A stretch of DNA of 62,806 bases from Polyangiaceae bacterium (GTDB lineage Bacteria > Myxococcota_A > Polyangia > Polyangiales > Polyangiaceae), in assembly GCA_044222475.1 (NCBI GenBank), contig JBGANF010000038.1, forward strand, positions 1-62,806. Reading direction: 5' to 3'. This document shows, one piece after another, positions 1 to 14,674 of this stretch. A model generated the notes under the pieces. The model did no database searches and was not told the DNA's origin. It worked only from the letters and a program-made list of their open reading frames with translations. The position numbers and the translations under genes are program-made. Position 1 is the first letter of the stretch. Every line of letters starts with the position of its first letter.

Positions 1-802
1 TTCGAAGTTTCCGGCAGCGTACGCGGAGCGCCCTCTCACGTTGCCGAAGTTGATGCTCAGCCCCCAATTGGGCGTCGGGCTCTCTCACCTCGAGTTCGCG
101 ACTCCGCTCGGAAACGTCGCCGCCAACGCCGTCGGTCTCGACGTGGGCGCCAGTCTCGGGATCACCGACGACCTCACCGTCTACCTCGTCCCGTTGACGA
201 TGCTGATCGCGACCTACACGAACGTGTTCCCCAACAAGGTCTACTACGGCACGTTTCGCGCAGGCGCGACGTACCGGTTCGTTCACACCGACAAGATCGA
301 TTTCGGAGGTCAGTTCGAGTTTGGCGCGAGCGGCGCGAGCGAAGCGCTGTTCACCACGTTCAAGCTTCCGCTGCTGCTGCGGATCGCGCCGGTGCTCCGA
401 ATCGACACCGGCCTCGCGTTCACGGTCGTGTATCCCACGACTGGCGCGTCGGTCGATGCCGGCTTCGCCACTGCGAGCAGCGGTGGCGCCGCATTCACGG
501 GTCTGGGATCGAGCGCCGGCATTCCGCTGGCGGTCACCATCCAACCCGAGGAGCACGTCTTCTTCGGCCTCGACACCGGTTTCGGCGTCGGATCGTTTCG
601 CGGCACGGTGAGCAACAGCGTGTTCATGCCGCTCGGCGCGTTCGTCGGCGGAACGATCATCAACGCGCAGCTCGCGCCGCTCGTCGACATCGTCGGGAGC
701 TTCGGCTTTCCGTACTTCCTCGTCGGATTCGACAACAGCCCGCCGTTGACGCAGCTCTGGCAAGTGGGTCTTGGCGTGCGCGCGTACCTGCCACTCCAAT
801 GA
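1..802 (+). CDS. Hypothetical outer-membrane beta-barrel-like protein, 5'-truncated; paralog of next gene
   Basis: Frame open from window edge (SKFPAAYAERPLTLPK). Shares YxxRPLTLP, G(A)SxGIxD, RFxHTDxxD, RxDTGxAF and FxPLGxFVGGT blocks with 799..1647. Confidence 0.6.
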   Translation, partial: SKFPAAYAERPLTLPKLMLSPQLGVGLSHLEFATPLGNVAANAVGLDVGASLGITDDLTVYLVPLTMLIATYTNVFPNKVYYGTFRAGATYRFVHTDKIDFGGQFEFGASGASEALFTTFKLPLLLRIAPVLRIDTGLAFTVVYPTTGASVDAGFATASSGGAAFTGLGSSAGIPLAVTIQPEEHVFFGLDTGFGVGSFRGTVSNSVFMPLGAFVGGTIINAQLAPLVDIVGSFGFPYFLVGFDNSPPLTQLWQVGLGVRAYLPLQ

Positions 803-1647
803 GCAGACGACACCGAACTTCGTGGGGGCTCACCCTCGTCGCTCTCTCGCTCGCGTCGTCGAGCGCGCTCGCCGACGATCTTCCATTGCCGTACACGAGC
901 CGACCGCTCACGCTTCCGGCGCGCATGATCTCGCCCGAGTTTTCCTCGTCGCTCGTTCACCTCCAAGACTTCTTGGTCGAAGGTGGCAGCAACGCCCTCG
1001 GGCTGAACTTGGGTGCGTCGTATGGAATCGTCGACGAGCTCACGGTCTACGCACACCCACTCACGATGTCGATCGATACGTCGACACGCGCTGACCCGGT
1101 CGTGCGGTATGGCGGTCTTCGCCTTGGTGGCGTCGTTCGATTTCTTCACACCGACACCGTCGACGTAGGAGCGCAGCTCGAGCTCGGCGTGGTTGGCGAC
1201 TTTCGGACGCTCTATGTGACCTCGGCCATCCCAGTTCTCTTTCGGCTTGGCCACGTCGTGCGCGTCGACACCGGCGTCGCGTTTACTCTCGTCTTTCCAA
1301 CAACGAGCGGTGGCCAAGTGGTTGGGGCGCTCGCAACCGTCGGTCCAGGTCCCCTCGCAAGCGCCGGCGTTCCAATCGTCCTATCCCTCCAAGCAGGCGA
1401 CTGGGTCTTCGTCGGCGTGAGCACGGGGTTCGGCATTGCTTCGCTCAGCGAGAGAAGGATCAGCGACTGGACGTTCAGTCCGCTCGGGATCTTCGTCGGC
1501 GGGACCATCACCACGAACAAGCAGCCACTCGCCGATCTCACGGCGAGCTTCAGCTTTCCGTTCTTCCTCCTCGGCGGAGCGGGCGACCTCCCCGTGACGC
1601 AGGCGTGGATGGCGGGCGTGAAGGCTCGGTTCTATTTTCAGCTCTGA
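799..1647 (+). CDS. Hypothetical secreted/outer-membrane beta-barrel-like protein
   Basis: Signal peptide ending SALA-DD; amphipathic beta-strand pattern; aromatic C-terminus (ARFYFQL); ATGA overlap with upstream gene. Confidence 0.65.
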   Translation: MSRRHRTSWGLTLVALSLASSSALADDLPLPYTSRPLTLPARMISPEFSSSLVHLQDFLVEGGSNALGLNLGASYGIVDELTVYAHPLTMSIDTSTRADPVVRYGGLRLGGVVRFLHTDTVDVGAQLELGVVGDFRTLYVTSAIPVLFRLGHVVRVDTGVAFTLVFPTTSGGQVVGALATVGPGPLASAGVPIVLSLQAGDWVFVGVSTGFGIASLSERRISDWTFSPLGIFVGGTITTNKQPLADLTASFSFPFFLLGGAGDLPVTQAWMAGVKARFYFQL

Positions 1648-1649
1648 CC

Positions 1650-1875
1650 TGGGGACAACATGCTGGGCTGGGCTTGGCAACCCATGGGAGCCGCCTGAGG
1701 GAAACGCAGATCCTGAGTTGTCCACCGCCGATCTGCGTGGATGTACGACCTTTACTCCCCTGGTCGGACATGGCTCAAGCCTTCGGGATCACTGGGTTGT
1801 TCGGGTTTTCCACTCCATCCACAGGCTCTACTGACACCTCTGTATTTCTTAAATTAAGAGAGAGAGAAGAGAAGT
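1650..1875. other. Putative replication origin oriC
   Basis: DnaA-box-like 9-mers: TGGGGACAA 1650-58 (rc TTGTCCCCA), TTGTCCACC 1718-26, and tandem TTTTCCACT/CCATCCACA 1806-23. Followed by GGC, trio-like TCTACTGACACCTCTGTA and AT-rich TATTTCTTAAATTAAGA. Directly upstream of dnaN. Confidence 0.7.
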
Positions 1876-1936
1876 GAGGTCCTGGTGAGCTGACTCTCGT
1901 GGACCAGCCAGAGGTCTGCTAAACGCGTGAGTCCCG

Positions 1937-3070
1937 ATGGAACTAGCGGTCGCCAAGAAAGAGCTTCTCAAGCTTCTCACCCGCATGCAGGGAGTGGCCG
2001 AACGCAAGAGTACGATGCCCGTGCTCTCCAACGTGCTCCTCACGGTGGATGGTCCGAACACCCTTCGTCTCGCAGCGACCGACCTGTATCTGAGCGTCGT
2101 CGGCAAGGTGAACGCCGAGGTGAAGAAGGGCGGTACCGTCGCGGTACCAGCAAAGGATCTCCTCGAGCGCGTGAAGATGATGCCCGAGGGTCCGATCCAG
2201 ATCGTCACCCAGGACAACGCCACGACCGTCCTCAAGGCCGCTGGGAGCGCTCGCCGGTACACGCTGCGGGGTATGCCAGGGGAAGACTTCCCGCCCCTCC
2301 CCACGCCCGCAGAGAACGCGCCGACGCTCTCGCTCGACGTCGACGTCGTCGCGCAGCTCATCGCGAAGACGTACTTCTCGGTCTCCACCGACGAGACGCG
2401 CGCGCACCTCAACTCGGCGCTCTTCGAGTGGGACGGCGACGTCGTGCGCATGGTGTCGACCGACGGCCATCGGCTGTCGAAGATGGAAGTGAAGGTCCCC
2501 GGGCGTCAGGCCTCGGCGACGATGCTGATCCCGCTCAAGGCCATCCTCGAGCTTCGTCGCCTCTGCGAAGAGCTCGCGGCCGAAGCGAAGGACAAAGAGA
2601 AGCCGCAGATCGCGATCACCCAGAGCGGCTCGAGCGCGTTCTTCCAGGCTGGCGGCACCACGTTCTCGGTGAAGCTCGTCGAGGCGCAGTTCCCGCCGTA
2701 TTCCCAGGTGATTCCCCAGTCGTCGGAGAAGAAGGTCGCCGTTCCGCGCGTCACCTTCGCCGACGCGCTGCGCGCCGTGTCGATCGCCGCGAGCGAGCGC
2801 ACCGGTGGCGTGAAGCTCAGCATCGGCGGCGGCACGATGCGCATCTCCAGCGAGTCTCCCGACAGCGGCGAAGGCTCCGACGAAGTCCCGGTCGACTACA
2901 ACGGCGCGACGATCACCATCGGCTTCAACGCGAAGTACTTCCTCGACGTGCTCGCGGCGCTCGAAGAAGAAGAGGTCGTCCTCGGCCTCGGTGGCGAGCT
3001 CGATCCGGCGGTTCTGCGGCCGAACAGCGAGCGCCAGTTCCTCGCCGTCGTCATGCCGATGCGCATATAG
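1937..3070 (+). CDS. dnaN: DNA polymerase III beta sliding clamp
   Basis: 377 aa; TMPVLSNVLL, ATDL, STDGHRL, IGFNAKY and C-terminal VMPMRI motifs. Confidence 0.98.
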   Translation: MELAVAKKELLKLLTRMQGVAERKSTMPVLSNVLLTVDGPNTLRLAATDLYLSVVGKVNAEVKKGGTVAVPAKDLLERVKMMPEGPIQIVTQDNATTVLKAAGSARRYTLRGMPGEDFPPLPTPAENAPTLSLDVDVVAQLIAKTYFSVSTDETRAHLNSALFEWDGDVVRMVSTDGHRLSKMEVKVPGRQASATMLIPLKAILELRRLCEELAAEAKDKEKPQIAITQSGSSAFFQAGGTTFSVKLVEAQFPPYSQVIPQSSEKKVAVPRVTFADALRAVSIAASERTGGVKLSIGGGTMRISSESPDSGEGSDEVPVDYNGATITIGFNAKYFLDVLAALEEEEVVLGLGGELDPAVLRPNSERQFLAVVMPMRI

Positions 3071-3086
3071 CCTCGCGGATCGCGTC

Positions 3087-6978
<3,892 letters not shown>

Positions 6979-7088
6979 CCACCCACGGGTGGTCGCACCA
7001 CCTACATGCGTACCGAGGTCGGAGCGATTTCTCGACTTCGATCGCCGGAACCTCGAACTTTCCCCCGACGGGACGCATCATCGTCTCC

Positions 7089-7892
7089 GTGGTTCGTCGT
7101 GCCGTCGTGTTGGGGTCGTTACTCTGCGCCTGCGGCGGCGGCCTGAAGACCCAACCCGAGGACGCGGGAACCGACGGCGAGCGCGTCTACCGTCCGGACG
7201 ACGGAGGCGTCGCGCCCGACGCGGCGATCCCGAAGTTCACGTACCACGGTGGCCGTGTGCTCGAGTCGGTGAGGGTCGCCTTCGTCTACGTGGACGACGT
7301 GAGCCAGGGCGGCGCGCCGTCGTTCGATGCGTTCGCCGATCAGCTCCTCGTGTCGCCTCAATGGGCGTCGCTCGCGGAGTACGGCGTGAAGCCCGGCGTG
7401 CGCACCACGTCAGTCCGGGTTCCGCGCAACGAGATCCTCCCGCCGACGGCCATCGACTCGCAAGGCCTCATCGATCAACCGGAGTTCGCCGAGGCGGTGA
7501 AGACGTACCTTCATGGTACGACCGAGCGATTCCCGGACGCGAACGCGGTGGTCGTGTTCCTCCCAGCGGGCGTCAACGTCATCCTCGGTCAACGCGGGAG
7601 CTACAAGTGGCGCACGTGTTGGGACGCCGACGCGTTCCACTCGACCGACGCCGCGGGCGACCCGTACATCGTGATCCCGCCCTGCCCCAACGGCCGTCGC
7701 ACGGTCGCACTCAGCCACGAGCTCGGCGAGGTCGCCACCGATCCCGACGTCTACACCGGCTGGTTCGCGGATGCGGAGCAGTTCCGCAGCGGCGGCGAGG
7801 TGTCCGATCTCTGCGACAAGGAGAACGCGGTCGCGTTCGGGTACGACATCGCTCGCTACTGGTCGGAGTCCAAGCGACGCTGCGTTCCCTAG
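7089..7892 (+). CDS. Lipoprotein with Phi-1/EXORDIUM-like domain
   Basis: Lipobox-like LCAC; YHGGRVL, SHELGEVATDP, GW and EVSDLC motifs. Confidence 0.6.
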   Translation: MVRRAVVLGSLLCACGGGLKTQPEDAGTDGERVYRPDDGGVAPDAAIPKFTYHGGRVLESVRVAFVYVDDVSQGGAPSFDAFADQLLVSPQWASLAEYGVKPGVRTTSVRVPRNEILPPTAIDSQGLIDQPEFAEAVKTYLHGTTERFPDANAVVVFLPAGVNVILGQRGSYKWRTCWDADAFHSTDAAGDPYIVIPPCPNGRRTVALSHELGEVATDPDVYTGWFADAEQFRSGGEVSDLCDKENAVAFGYDIARYWSESKRRCVP

Positions 7893-8774
7893 TCAGACGA
7901 CCTGCGCGCTCTTCGTGATCTCGCCCATCTTGCCCGAGCGGAAGTCGACCATGGCTTGGCGGATCTCGTTCTCGGTGTTCATGACGAACGGTCCGTAGCG
8001 CGCGACCGGCTCCTTCAGGGGAACGCCAGCGAGCAACAGGAGCCGAGCGCTCTTGGTCCCGCCGCGCAATCGCACGGCATCGCCTGGTCCGAGGATCGCG
8101 AGCTGACCGTCCTCGGCAGTCGCGCCGTCGTCACCGAGCTTCACGTCGCCGCCGAACACGTAGACGTAGGCCGCGTGATCGCTGGCGAGCGGGATCGTGA
8201 CGTCGGCGCCGGGCGCGATCGTCCAATCTTGGTACACGATCGGCGTGTGGGTCGCGATCGACGCGCTGACGCCGAGCGCTTCGCCGGCGATGACCTTGAC
8301 CGAGGCGAGCCCGTCGGTGGTCTTCGCGGACGGGATCTTCGCGGACGCGAGCTCTTGGTAGCGCGGTCGCGTCATCTTGAGCTTCGCGGGGAGGTTCACC
8401 CAGATCTGGAAGCCGTGCACGCGGCCGCCGTCCTTCATCATGCGAGCCGAGGGCATCTCGGCGTGGACGATGCCGGCACCGGCGGTCATCCACTGGACGT
8501 CACCGGCGGCGAGCTTGCCGCGATGTCCGGCGGAGTCGGCGTGCTCCATCTCGCCTTCGAGGATGTAGGTGACCGTCTCGAATCCGCGGTGCGGATGATC
8601 GGGCGCGCCGACGGCTTCACCGGGCGCGTAGTCGATGGGTCCCATCTCGTCGAGGAGCAGGAACGGGTCGGCGACGGTGAACCCCTGGGTCGGGAGCGGG
8701 CGACGAACGATGAAGCCGCCGCCCTCTTCTTGGCGGTGCGACTGAATCAAACGAGCGATCGAACGGACGGTCAT
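7893..8774 (-). CDS. Pirin family protein
   Basis: DPFLLLD, HPHRGFETVT, QWMTAGAGIVHAE, QIWVNLP and GPFVMN motifs. Confidence 0.95.
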   Translation of the reverse strand: MTVRSIARLIQSHRQEEGGGFIVRRPLPTQGFTVADPFLLLDEMGPIDYAPGEAVGAPDHPHRGFETVTYILEGEMEHADSAGHRGKLAAGDVQWMTAGAGIVHAEMPSARMMKDGGRVHGFQIWVNLPAKLKMTRPRYQELASAKIPSAKTTDGLASVKVIAGEALGVSASIATHTPIVYQDWTIAPGADVTIPLASDHAAYVYVFGGDVKLGDDGATAEDGQLAILGPGDAVRLRGGTKSARLLLLAGVPLKEPVARYGPFVMNTENEIRQAMVDFRSGKMGEITKSAQVV

Positions 8775-8871
8775 GGATGCATCATGCGCAGCGACAGGGA
8801 GCTACGTAAGGGCTCTCGTGAAGTGACGGACTGTTGCGGGTGGCGGAACAATGGGTCGTCGAGGCGCCCTC

Positions 8872-8996
8872 GAAGAGAACGCCAGGGAAGGAAGGGAGCG
8901 CCAGGGTCGCCAAGTGAGGAGAGGGTTTGGCCACCGGGGCCAACCCCCTTCGCGCAAGTTCCCTGGCGCGCCTGGCGTCCTGGCGTTCCTCTTTCC
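8872..8996. repeat. REP-like palindromic repeat (ACGCCAGG/CCTGGCGT family), copy 1
   Basis: Self-complementary ends GAGAACGCCAGG...CCTGGCGTTCCTC; left half nearly identical to rc of 29721-29772. Confidence 0.75.
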
Positions 8997-9011
8997 AGGA
9001 AGCCCCAGGAG

Positions 9012-11186
9012 TCACGCGTTCGCGCTGGGCTGCCAGGTGCGGATCGCTTTGACCCGAGACTCGAACGCCTTCATCGCCGCGCCGTCCAGCGTCTCGTGCC
9101 CGAAGCGCGCTCCCAGGTAGATCGTCGTGAGCTCGCGCACCTCGGGGGCGAGCGGGTGTTTCCGATCGCCGAGCTGCTCCGCGAACCGCAGCGGCGGCGT
9201 CGACGGGGGTCGCGTCAGGCCATGCGCTCCCAGCGCGAGCTCGAGCGCTCGATACAGCGCGGCCGCCGCCGCGAGCGACGGGTCGACCGACTGCTTCTTC
9301 TTCGGATCCTTGGTCTCGCTCTTGCGGCGCGCGCGGCGTTGCCAGACGACGTATCCGACCACGACCAGCACGAGGAGCCCGCCGGCGACGACCGGTCCGC
9401 GGGTGATCTTTCCAGCGAAGCCCTTGTCGACGCCAGCGTCCTTGCGCTTCGCGTTGTACCAACCCATCGCTTTGTCGGCGAGGCGGATCTGTTGGTTCAT
9501 GTCGTAGTTGACGACGTACGAGTTCCAGCGCTGCGACATCGCCTCGACGAGATCGCGCAGGTAGACGAACGTGCCCGTCGTCTCGGCGAAGGGCTGAGCG
9601 CCCGACGCCGGGGTCGGGTCGAACGTCATCCAGCTCCCCGGTTCCTCGGGGGTGGCGCCGTCGATGTAGGCCTCGACCCACGAGTGCGCGTCGCCCTCGC
9701 GGACGGCGTAGTAGTTCCCGAAGCGGTTGTACGTGCCGCCGACGAAGCCGGTGACGTTGCGCGACGGGATCCCGATCTCGCGGAGCAAGAGCGCCATCGA
9801 CGTCGAGAAGAACTCGCAGTGGCCGCGGTGCGACTCGAACAAGAAGTGGTCGACCGGGCTCGCCGTTCCGCCCGACGGCGAGTTGAGATCGTAGGTGTAG
9901 TCGGTGCGGAGGTGGCTCTCGATCGCGCGCGCCTTCCCGAGCTCGGTCGTCTCACCGGCGGTCCACGTGAGCGCGAGCGTCTTCGCGCGGCTCGGCAGGC
10001 CAGTCGGCGCGGTGTAGCGGATGCGATCGCTCGCGCTCATCGGCTCGACGATGCGGTCCGTCGGCGGCGCGACGAACACGTCGTAGCGGATGCCGCGGCT
10101 CTCGCCGCCGGCGTAGCGAATCTCGCCCTCCGGACCCTGCTGCAGGATCAGCGGCTCGGCCATGAGCGCTTGAGGCTGCGCCTTCACCTGCATCGCGATC
10201 GCGTTCTGCGGGAGGAAGATCACCGGCGGATCGATCGGCTCGACGTCGAACGAGTACTTGATGTCGCCCGGGCGCGGCTGGCGAACGATCGGGAACGTCG
10301 ACCCGGCGACGGACCGATCGACGACGTGACGTTCCGCCGACGTTCGCGACCACGCGTGACCGTCGTACGCGTCGAGCGCGGTCCCGCGCAGGCGCAGCGT
10401 GAGGCGGGCCGGCGGCGGATCGCTCGTCGGCGCTTCGAAGCGGAGCGCGACCGAGGGATCGCTTCGGAGCGCGCCGACCTGGCCGAGGTCGACGTGATCC
10501 GAGAACCCGACCATGCGCCCCGCGTGACCGCGGTTCATGAGGAAGAGCGAGATGCCGACGCGCGGGAAGAGGACGAAGAGGACCGCGGTGAACAGGAAGA
10601 TCGGGATCGAGATGAAGCACGTCGACAGGAGGAACCCGCGCCCCACGACGCGACGGCTTCGAAGGATGCGCGGCACGTCGACCGGGAGACCGGTGCGATC
10701 CCGCGCGCCCTGGCGGTAGTTTCCTTCGACCTCGCGGCGGAGGTGCGAGAGCACGAGCGCCCCGGGGGCGACCACGAGGAACCCGAGGAAGCAGAGCCCG
10801 TAGGTCAGCCCGCCGCCGAGAACGGTGCCGGCGACGAAGTGCAGGAGCGCGAGGACGATGATCTGCTGATCGTGCGCGGCACCGCGACGCGTCGCGACGC
10901 GGACGACCTGCAGGAGCGCGGCGAACTCGACGGCGACGTCGATCGGGGGTTGGCCGGCGACGATGCGCGCGGACTGAACGACGAAGAGGAGCAGCATCCC
11001 CGTCGTGGCCGCGTGGCGGAAGAACGTCTTCGTTTGCCAGCCCTCGGGCACCGCGAGCGCGAGCGCGAGCCCCACGACCAGCGCGATGTTCGTCGGGAGT
11101 CCGAGCGTCGCCGTGCTGACGACCGCGAGCACGCCGAGGACGGCGAGCGCGTCGGTCATGATGCGGTGGACGAGGCCGAAGCGCAT
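9012..11186 (-). CDS. DUF3488/transglutaminase-like (TgpA-type) membrane protein
   Basis: N-terminal TM helices; GHCEFFS, HSWVE and FDPTP catalytic-triad motifs; follows DUF58 and MoxR. Confidence 0.9.
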   Translation of the reverse strand: MRFGLVHRIMTDALAVLGVLAVVSTATLGLPTNIALVVGLALALAVPEGWQTKTFFRHAATTGMLLLFVVQSARIVAGQPPIDVAVEFAALLQVVRVATRRGAAHDQQIIVLALLHFVAGTVLGGGLTYGLCFLGFLVVAPGALVLSHLRREVEGNYRQGARDRTGLPVDVPRILRSRRVVGRGFLLSTCFISIPIFLFTAVLFVLFPRVGISLFLMNRGHAGRMVGFSDHVDLGQVGALRSDPSVALRFEAPTSDPPPARLTLRLRGTALDAYDGHAWSRTSAERHVVDRSVAGSTFPIVRQPRPGDIKYSFDVEPIDPPVIFLPQNAIAMQVKAQPQALMAEPLILQQGPEGEIRYAGGESRGIRYDVFVAPPTDRIVEPMSASDRIRYTAPTGLPSRAKTLALTWTAGETTELGKARAIESHLRTDYTYDLNSPSGGTASPVDHFLFESHRGHCEFFSTSMALLLREIGIPSRNVTGFVGGTYNRFGNYYAVREGDAHSWVEAYIDGATPEEPGSWMTFDPTPASGAQPFAETTGTFVYLRDLVEAMSQRWNSYVVNYDMNQQIRLADKAMGWYNAKRKDAGVDKGFAGKITRGPVVAGGLLVLVVVGYVVWQRRARRKSETKDPKKKQSVDPSLAAAAALYRALELALGAHGLTRPPSTPPLRFAEQLGDRKHPLAPEVRELTTIYLGARFGHETLDGAAMKAFESRVKAIRTWQPSANA

Positions 11187-12205
11187 CAGGCCACCTCCTT
11201 CTTCGTCTCGACGGCCGGAGCCGGAGCCGGCGGCGCCGCCGAGGCGGGCTCGGGCTCGACGAGCGCGAGGAACCGCAGGATCGGGTCGGCGCCACCGATG
11301 CGGTCGGCGCGAACCAGGATGCCGGCGCTGCCGCGGATGGCCACCGCATCGCCGCGCTTGATGTGCGCGACCGCGCGCGACGCGACGTCGCGGATGCGAC
11401 GCTCGAACGTCAGATCCCACTCGTCGGTGGCGTTCTTGGGCTTGGAGAGATCGAGCGTCAGGACGACGTCGGGTCGTGCTTCGCGAGCGCGCTCGCGAGC
11501 AACGAGCTGGCCGAGGCTCGCGGTCTTGCGCCAGTGCACGTCGCGCGGGTCCTCGCCTTCGCGGAGGAGGCGCAGCCCCAGGAAGTCTTCGCCGGCGCCG
11601 CGCCCGAGGGCGTTCTCCACGCCCGGCGAGCGGCCGTTCGGCATCGGAGGCAGCGCCACCGGGTCGACGGCCGGATAGATGACGAGCTCGCCCTCGGCCG
11701 GGACCTCGCGCGACTTCTCGAAGAGCCCGAACGGGAAGCGGGTCGCGATGCGGAAGCCCACGTGGACGTCACGACCGCGTCGCATCGGCGTTCGCCGGTA
11801 GGCGGCCACCTGCGCCGACTTGGGGCTGATCTTCAGGAAGAAACAGCGTTTGTCCGCGGGCTGACCAGCGCGGAGATCTTCGACCTCAATCGCGTAAGAA
11901 GGAACGCGAGTCTTGTGATTGAAGACCTCGATCTCGACGAGGTGCGCGCGGCCGACCTGCGCGCGGAGCGGCAGGCGTCGCACGACGGTGAGGTCCCGCA
12001 GGGAGAGCTCGCTCATCACACCGCTGACCACGATCAGCGCAAGCAGCATTCCCAGCAGCAAATAAAGAAGGTTGTTCGCCGTGTTCAATGCGGCAAACCC
12101 GACGCCGAGCGTGATGCCGACGAAGAACTTCCCTTCGCGGGTGAACTTGAGCCGCCGGGGCCACTTCCCGGTTCCGCGCAGTCTCTGGAGGATGCGGCCC
12201 AACAT
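11186..12205 (-). CDS. DUF58 domain protein
   Basis: AALNTANNLLYL, TRFPFGLF and GEDPRDVHWRKTA motifs. Confidence 0.9.
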   Translation of the reverse strand: MLGRILQRLRGTGKWPRRLKFTREGKFFVGITLGVGFAALNTANNLLYLLLGMLLALIVVSGVMSELSLRDLTVVRRLPLRAQVGRAHLVEIEVFNHKTRVPSYAIEVEDLRAGQPADKRCFFLKISPKSAQVAAYRRTPMRRGRDVHVGFRIATRFPFGLFEKSREVPAEGELVIYPAVDPVALPPMPNGRSPGVENALGRGAGEDFLGLRLLREGEDPRDVHWRKTASLGQLVARERAREARPDVVLTLDLSKPKNATDEWDLTFERRIRDVASRAVAHIKRGDAVAIRGSAGILVRADRIGGADPILRFLALVEPEPASAAPPAPAPAVETKKEVA

Positions 12206-12217
12206 CGGCCTTGGCCC

Positions 12218-13180
<963 letters not shown>

Positions 13181-13267
13181 GGATGAGAAGCGTAGCATGG
13201 AACAAGAGACCCGCGCGCACGTGGAAAGTTTGCGCCGGCGGGAGGTCGTGGTGCATCGTCCGGGGGC

Positions 13268-13918
13268 ATGCCGAAGGCCGAAACCTCCGCCGTGAGCCTC
13301 GAAAACGTCGGGAAGACGTTCGGCGGGGTGCGAGCGTTGGTGAACGTTTCGGCCACGTTTTCGGCGGGCGACGTGAGCATCGTCGAGGGGCCGAACGGGT
13401 CCGGGAAGTCGACGCTCCTCGCGGTGGTCGGGACCCTGGTGCGGCCGACCGTCGGGCGGGTGAGCCACGGCGAGCTCGGCGCGTCCCCCGCCGAGGTGCG
13501 ACGGACGCTCGGGTGGGCGGGGCACGACTCGCTCTGCTACCCCGACCTCACCGGTCGGGAGAACGTGGCGCTGGCTGCCGAGCTCCACGGGGTCGATCCC
13601 CGCGCGGCGTTTTCCCGAGCGGCCGACCGGTTTCGGCTGGGGGCGTTCGTCGATCGGCCGTTTCGCACCTACTCGCGGGGGCAGCGCCAACGCGTCAGCT
13701 TGGCGCGCGCCCTCGTGCACGAGCCGCGCTTGGTGCTCCTCGACGAGCCGTCGACCGGTCTCGACGCCGACGGCATGGAGCTCCTTCGAGCGGTGGTCCG
13801 CGACGAGGCGAAGCGCGGCGCGGTGGTGCTCGTGATCACCCACGACGTCGGGTTCATCGAGGGGCTCGAGGGGAAGCGGTTCAAGATGGACCGGGGTCGG
13901 CTCGCTTCGCCCGATTGA
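13268..13918 (+). CDS. ABC transporter ATP-binding protein, CcmA-like
   Basis: GPNGSGKST, YSRGQRQR and LLDEPSTGLD; LGWAGHDSLCYPDLT resembles CcmA. Confidence 0.8.
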   Translation: MPKAETSAVSLENVGKTFGGVRALVNVSATFSAGDVSIVEGPNGSGKSTLLAVVGTLVRPTVGRVSHGELGASPAEVRRTLGWAGHDSLCYPDLTGRENVALAAELHGVDPRAAFSRAADRFRLGAFVDRPFRTYSRGQRQRVSLARALVHEPRLVLLDEPSTGLDADGMELLRAVVRDEAKRGAVVLVITHDVGFIEGLEGKRFKMDRGRLASPD

Positions 13919-13919
13919 A

Positions 13920-14012
13920 GAAGAGAACGCCAGGACGCGAGGAGCGCCAGGGATGGACCCAATCGAGGGGGTCGACTCCCAGTGCGTTCATGGGTCGAGT
14001 CCCTGGCGCGCC
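13920..14012. repeat. REP-like palindromic repeat, copy 2 (overlaps bioD 3' end)
   Basis: GAAGAGAACGCCAGGACGCGAGGAGCGCCAGGGA...TCCCTGGCGCGCC between convergent genes. Confidence 0.65.
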
Positions 14013-14674
14013 GTCAGGGCACGCAACATATGCAGAGCGGCGGCCGAATAGGCGAAATCCGATGGAGTTACGCGAGGAAACGGTGTGACCGGAATGCGCA
14101 GTAGGCGCTGCAGCTCGTCGGCGTTCGTCCCAGTGCTTGCATCGGAGTCGACCACGGCGTGGAGAGCGATGGCGTCGATCGGCAGTGGCGTCGGCTCGTG
14201 GGCCAGCGCCCTGATGGTGGCGATGACCTCGTGGAGCACACCCAGGCGGTCGAGCGCGACGAGGACTCGGCGCCCGTCGGGGAAGGCCGCGAGGAGGTCC
14301 GCGTTCGTCCGAGTGTCGTCGAGCGGCGTGAACGCGCCCCCTGCCAGCTCGACGACGACGAGGTCGGCGTCCGCTCGAAGGCGGGCGACGTGCGCCAGAA
14401 TCGGGGCCAGGTCCAGGGAGCGACCTTCCCGTCGAAGGGCGAGGTGGGGCGAGATCGGAGCGACCAGCTCGACCCGCGGATGTTTCACGTGAAACGTGGA
14501 CGCGCCGTCGAGGCGATCCTGGTCAGTCCCCTGCCCTGGCTCCACCCCGGACTCGATGGGCTTGTAGCCCACGACCCGCCGGGTGGCGCCGGCGGCGCGG
14601 AGAAGGCCCTCCGACAGATGGGTCTTTCCGACGCCGGTCCCGACGCCGGTGACTACGAGGAGGCTAGCCGTCAT
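13988..14674 (-). CDS. bioD: Dethiobiotin synthase
   Basis: VTGVGTGVGKT, KPIESG, SPHLA and VELAGG motifs; ATGA-coupled to bioF. Confidence 0.92.
   Translation of the reverse strand: MTASLLVVTGVGTGVGKTHLSEGLLRAAGATRRVVGYKPIESGVEPGQGTDQDRLDGASTFHVKHPRVELVAPISPHLALRREGRSLDLAPILAHVARLRADADLVVVELAGGAFTPLDDTRTNADLLAAFPDGRRVLVALDRLGVLHEVIATIRALAHEPTPLPIDAIALHAVVDSDASTGTNADELQRLLRIPVTPFPRVTPSDFAYSAAALHMLRALTARQGLDP
14481..14496. promoter_or_regulatory. parS site (within bioD)
   Basis: TGTTTCACGTGAAACG; 15/16 match to consensus TGTTTCACGTGAAACA. Confidence 0.85.

Noticed and set aside
7956..11678. 1240-aa + strand ORF
   Set aside because: Antisense shadow of the pirin, transglutaminase and DUF58 genes; Arg-rich, motif-free high-GC artefact.
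13268..13918. Cytochrome c maturation operon
   Set aside because: Only a CcmA-like ATPase; no ccmB/ccmC nearby, so the symbol was withheld.
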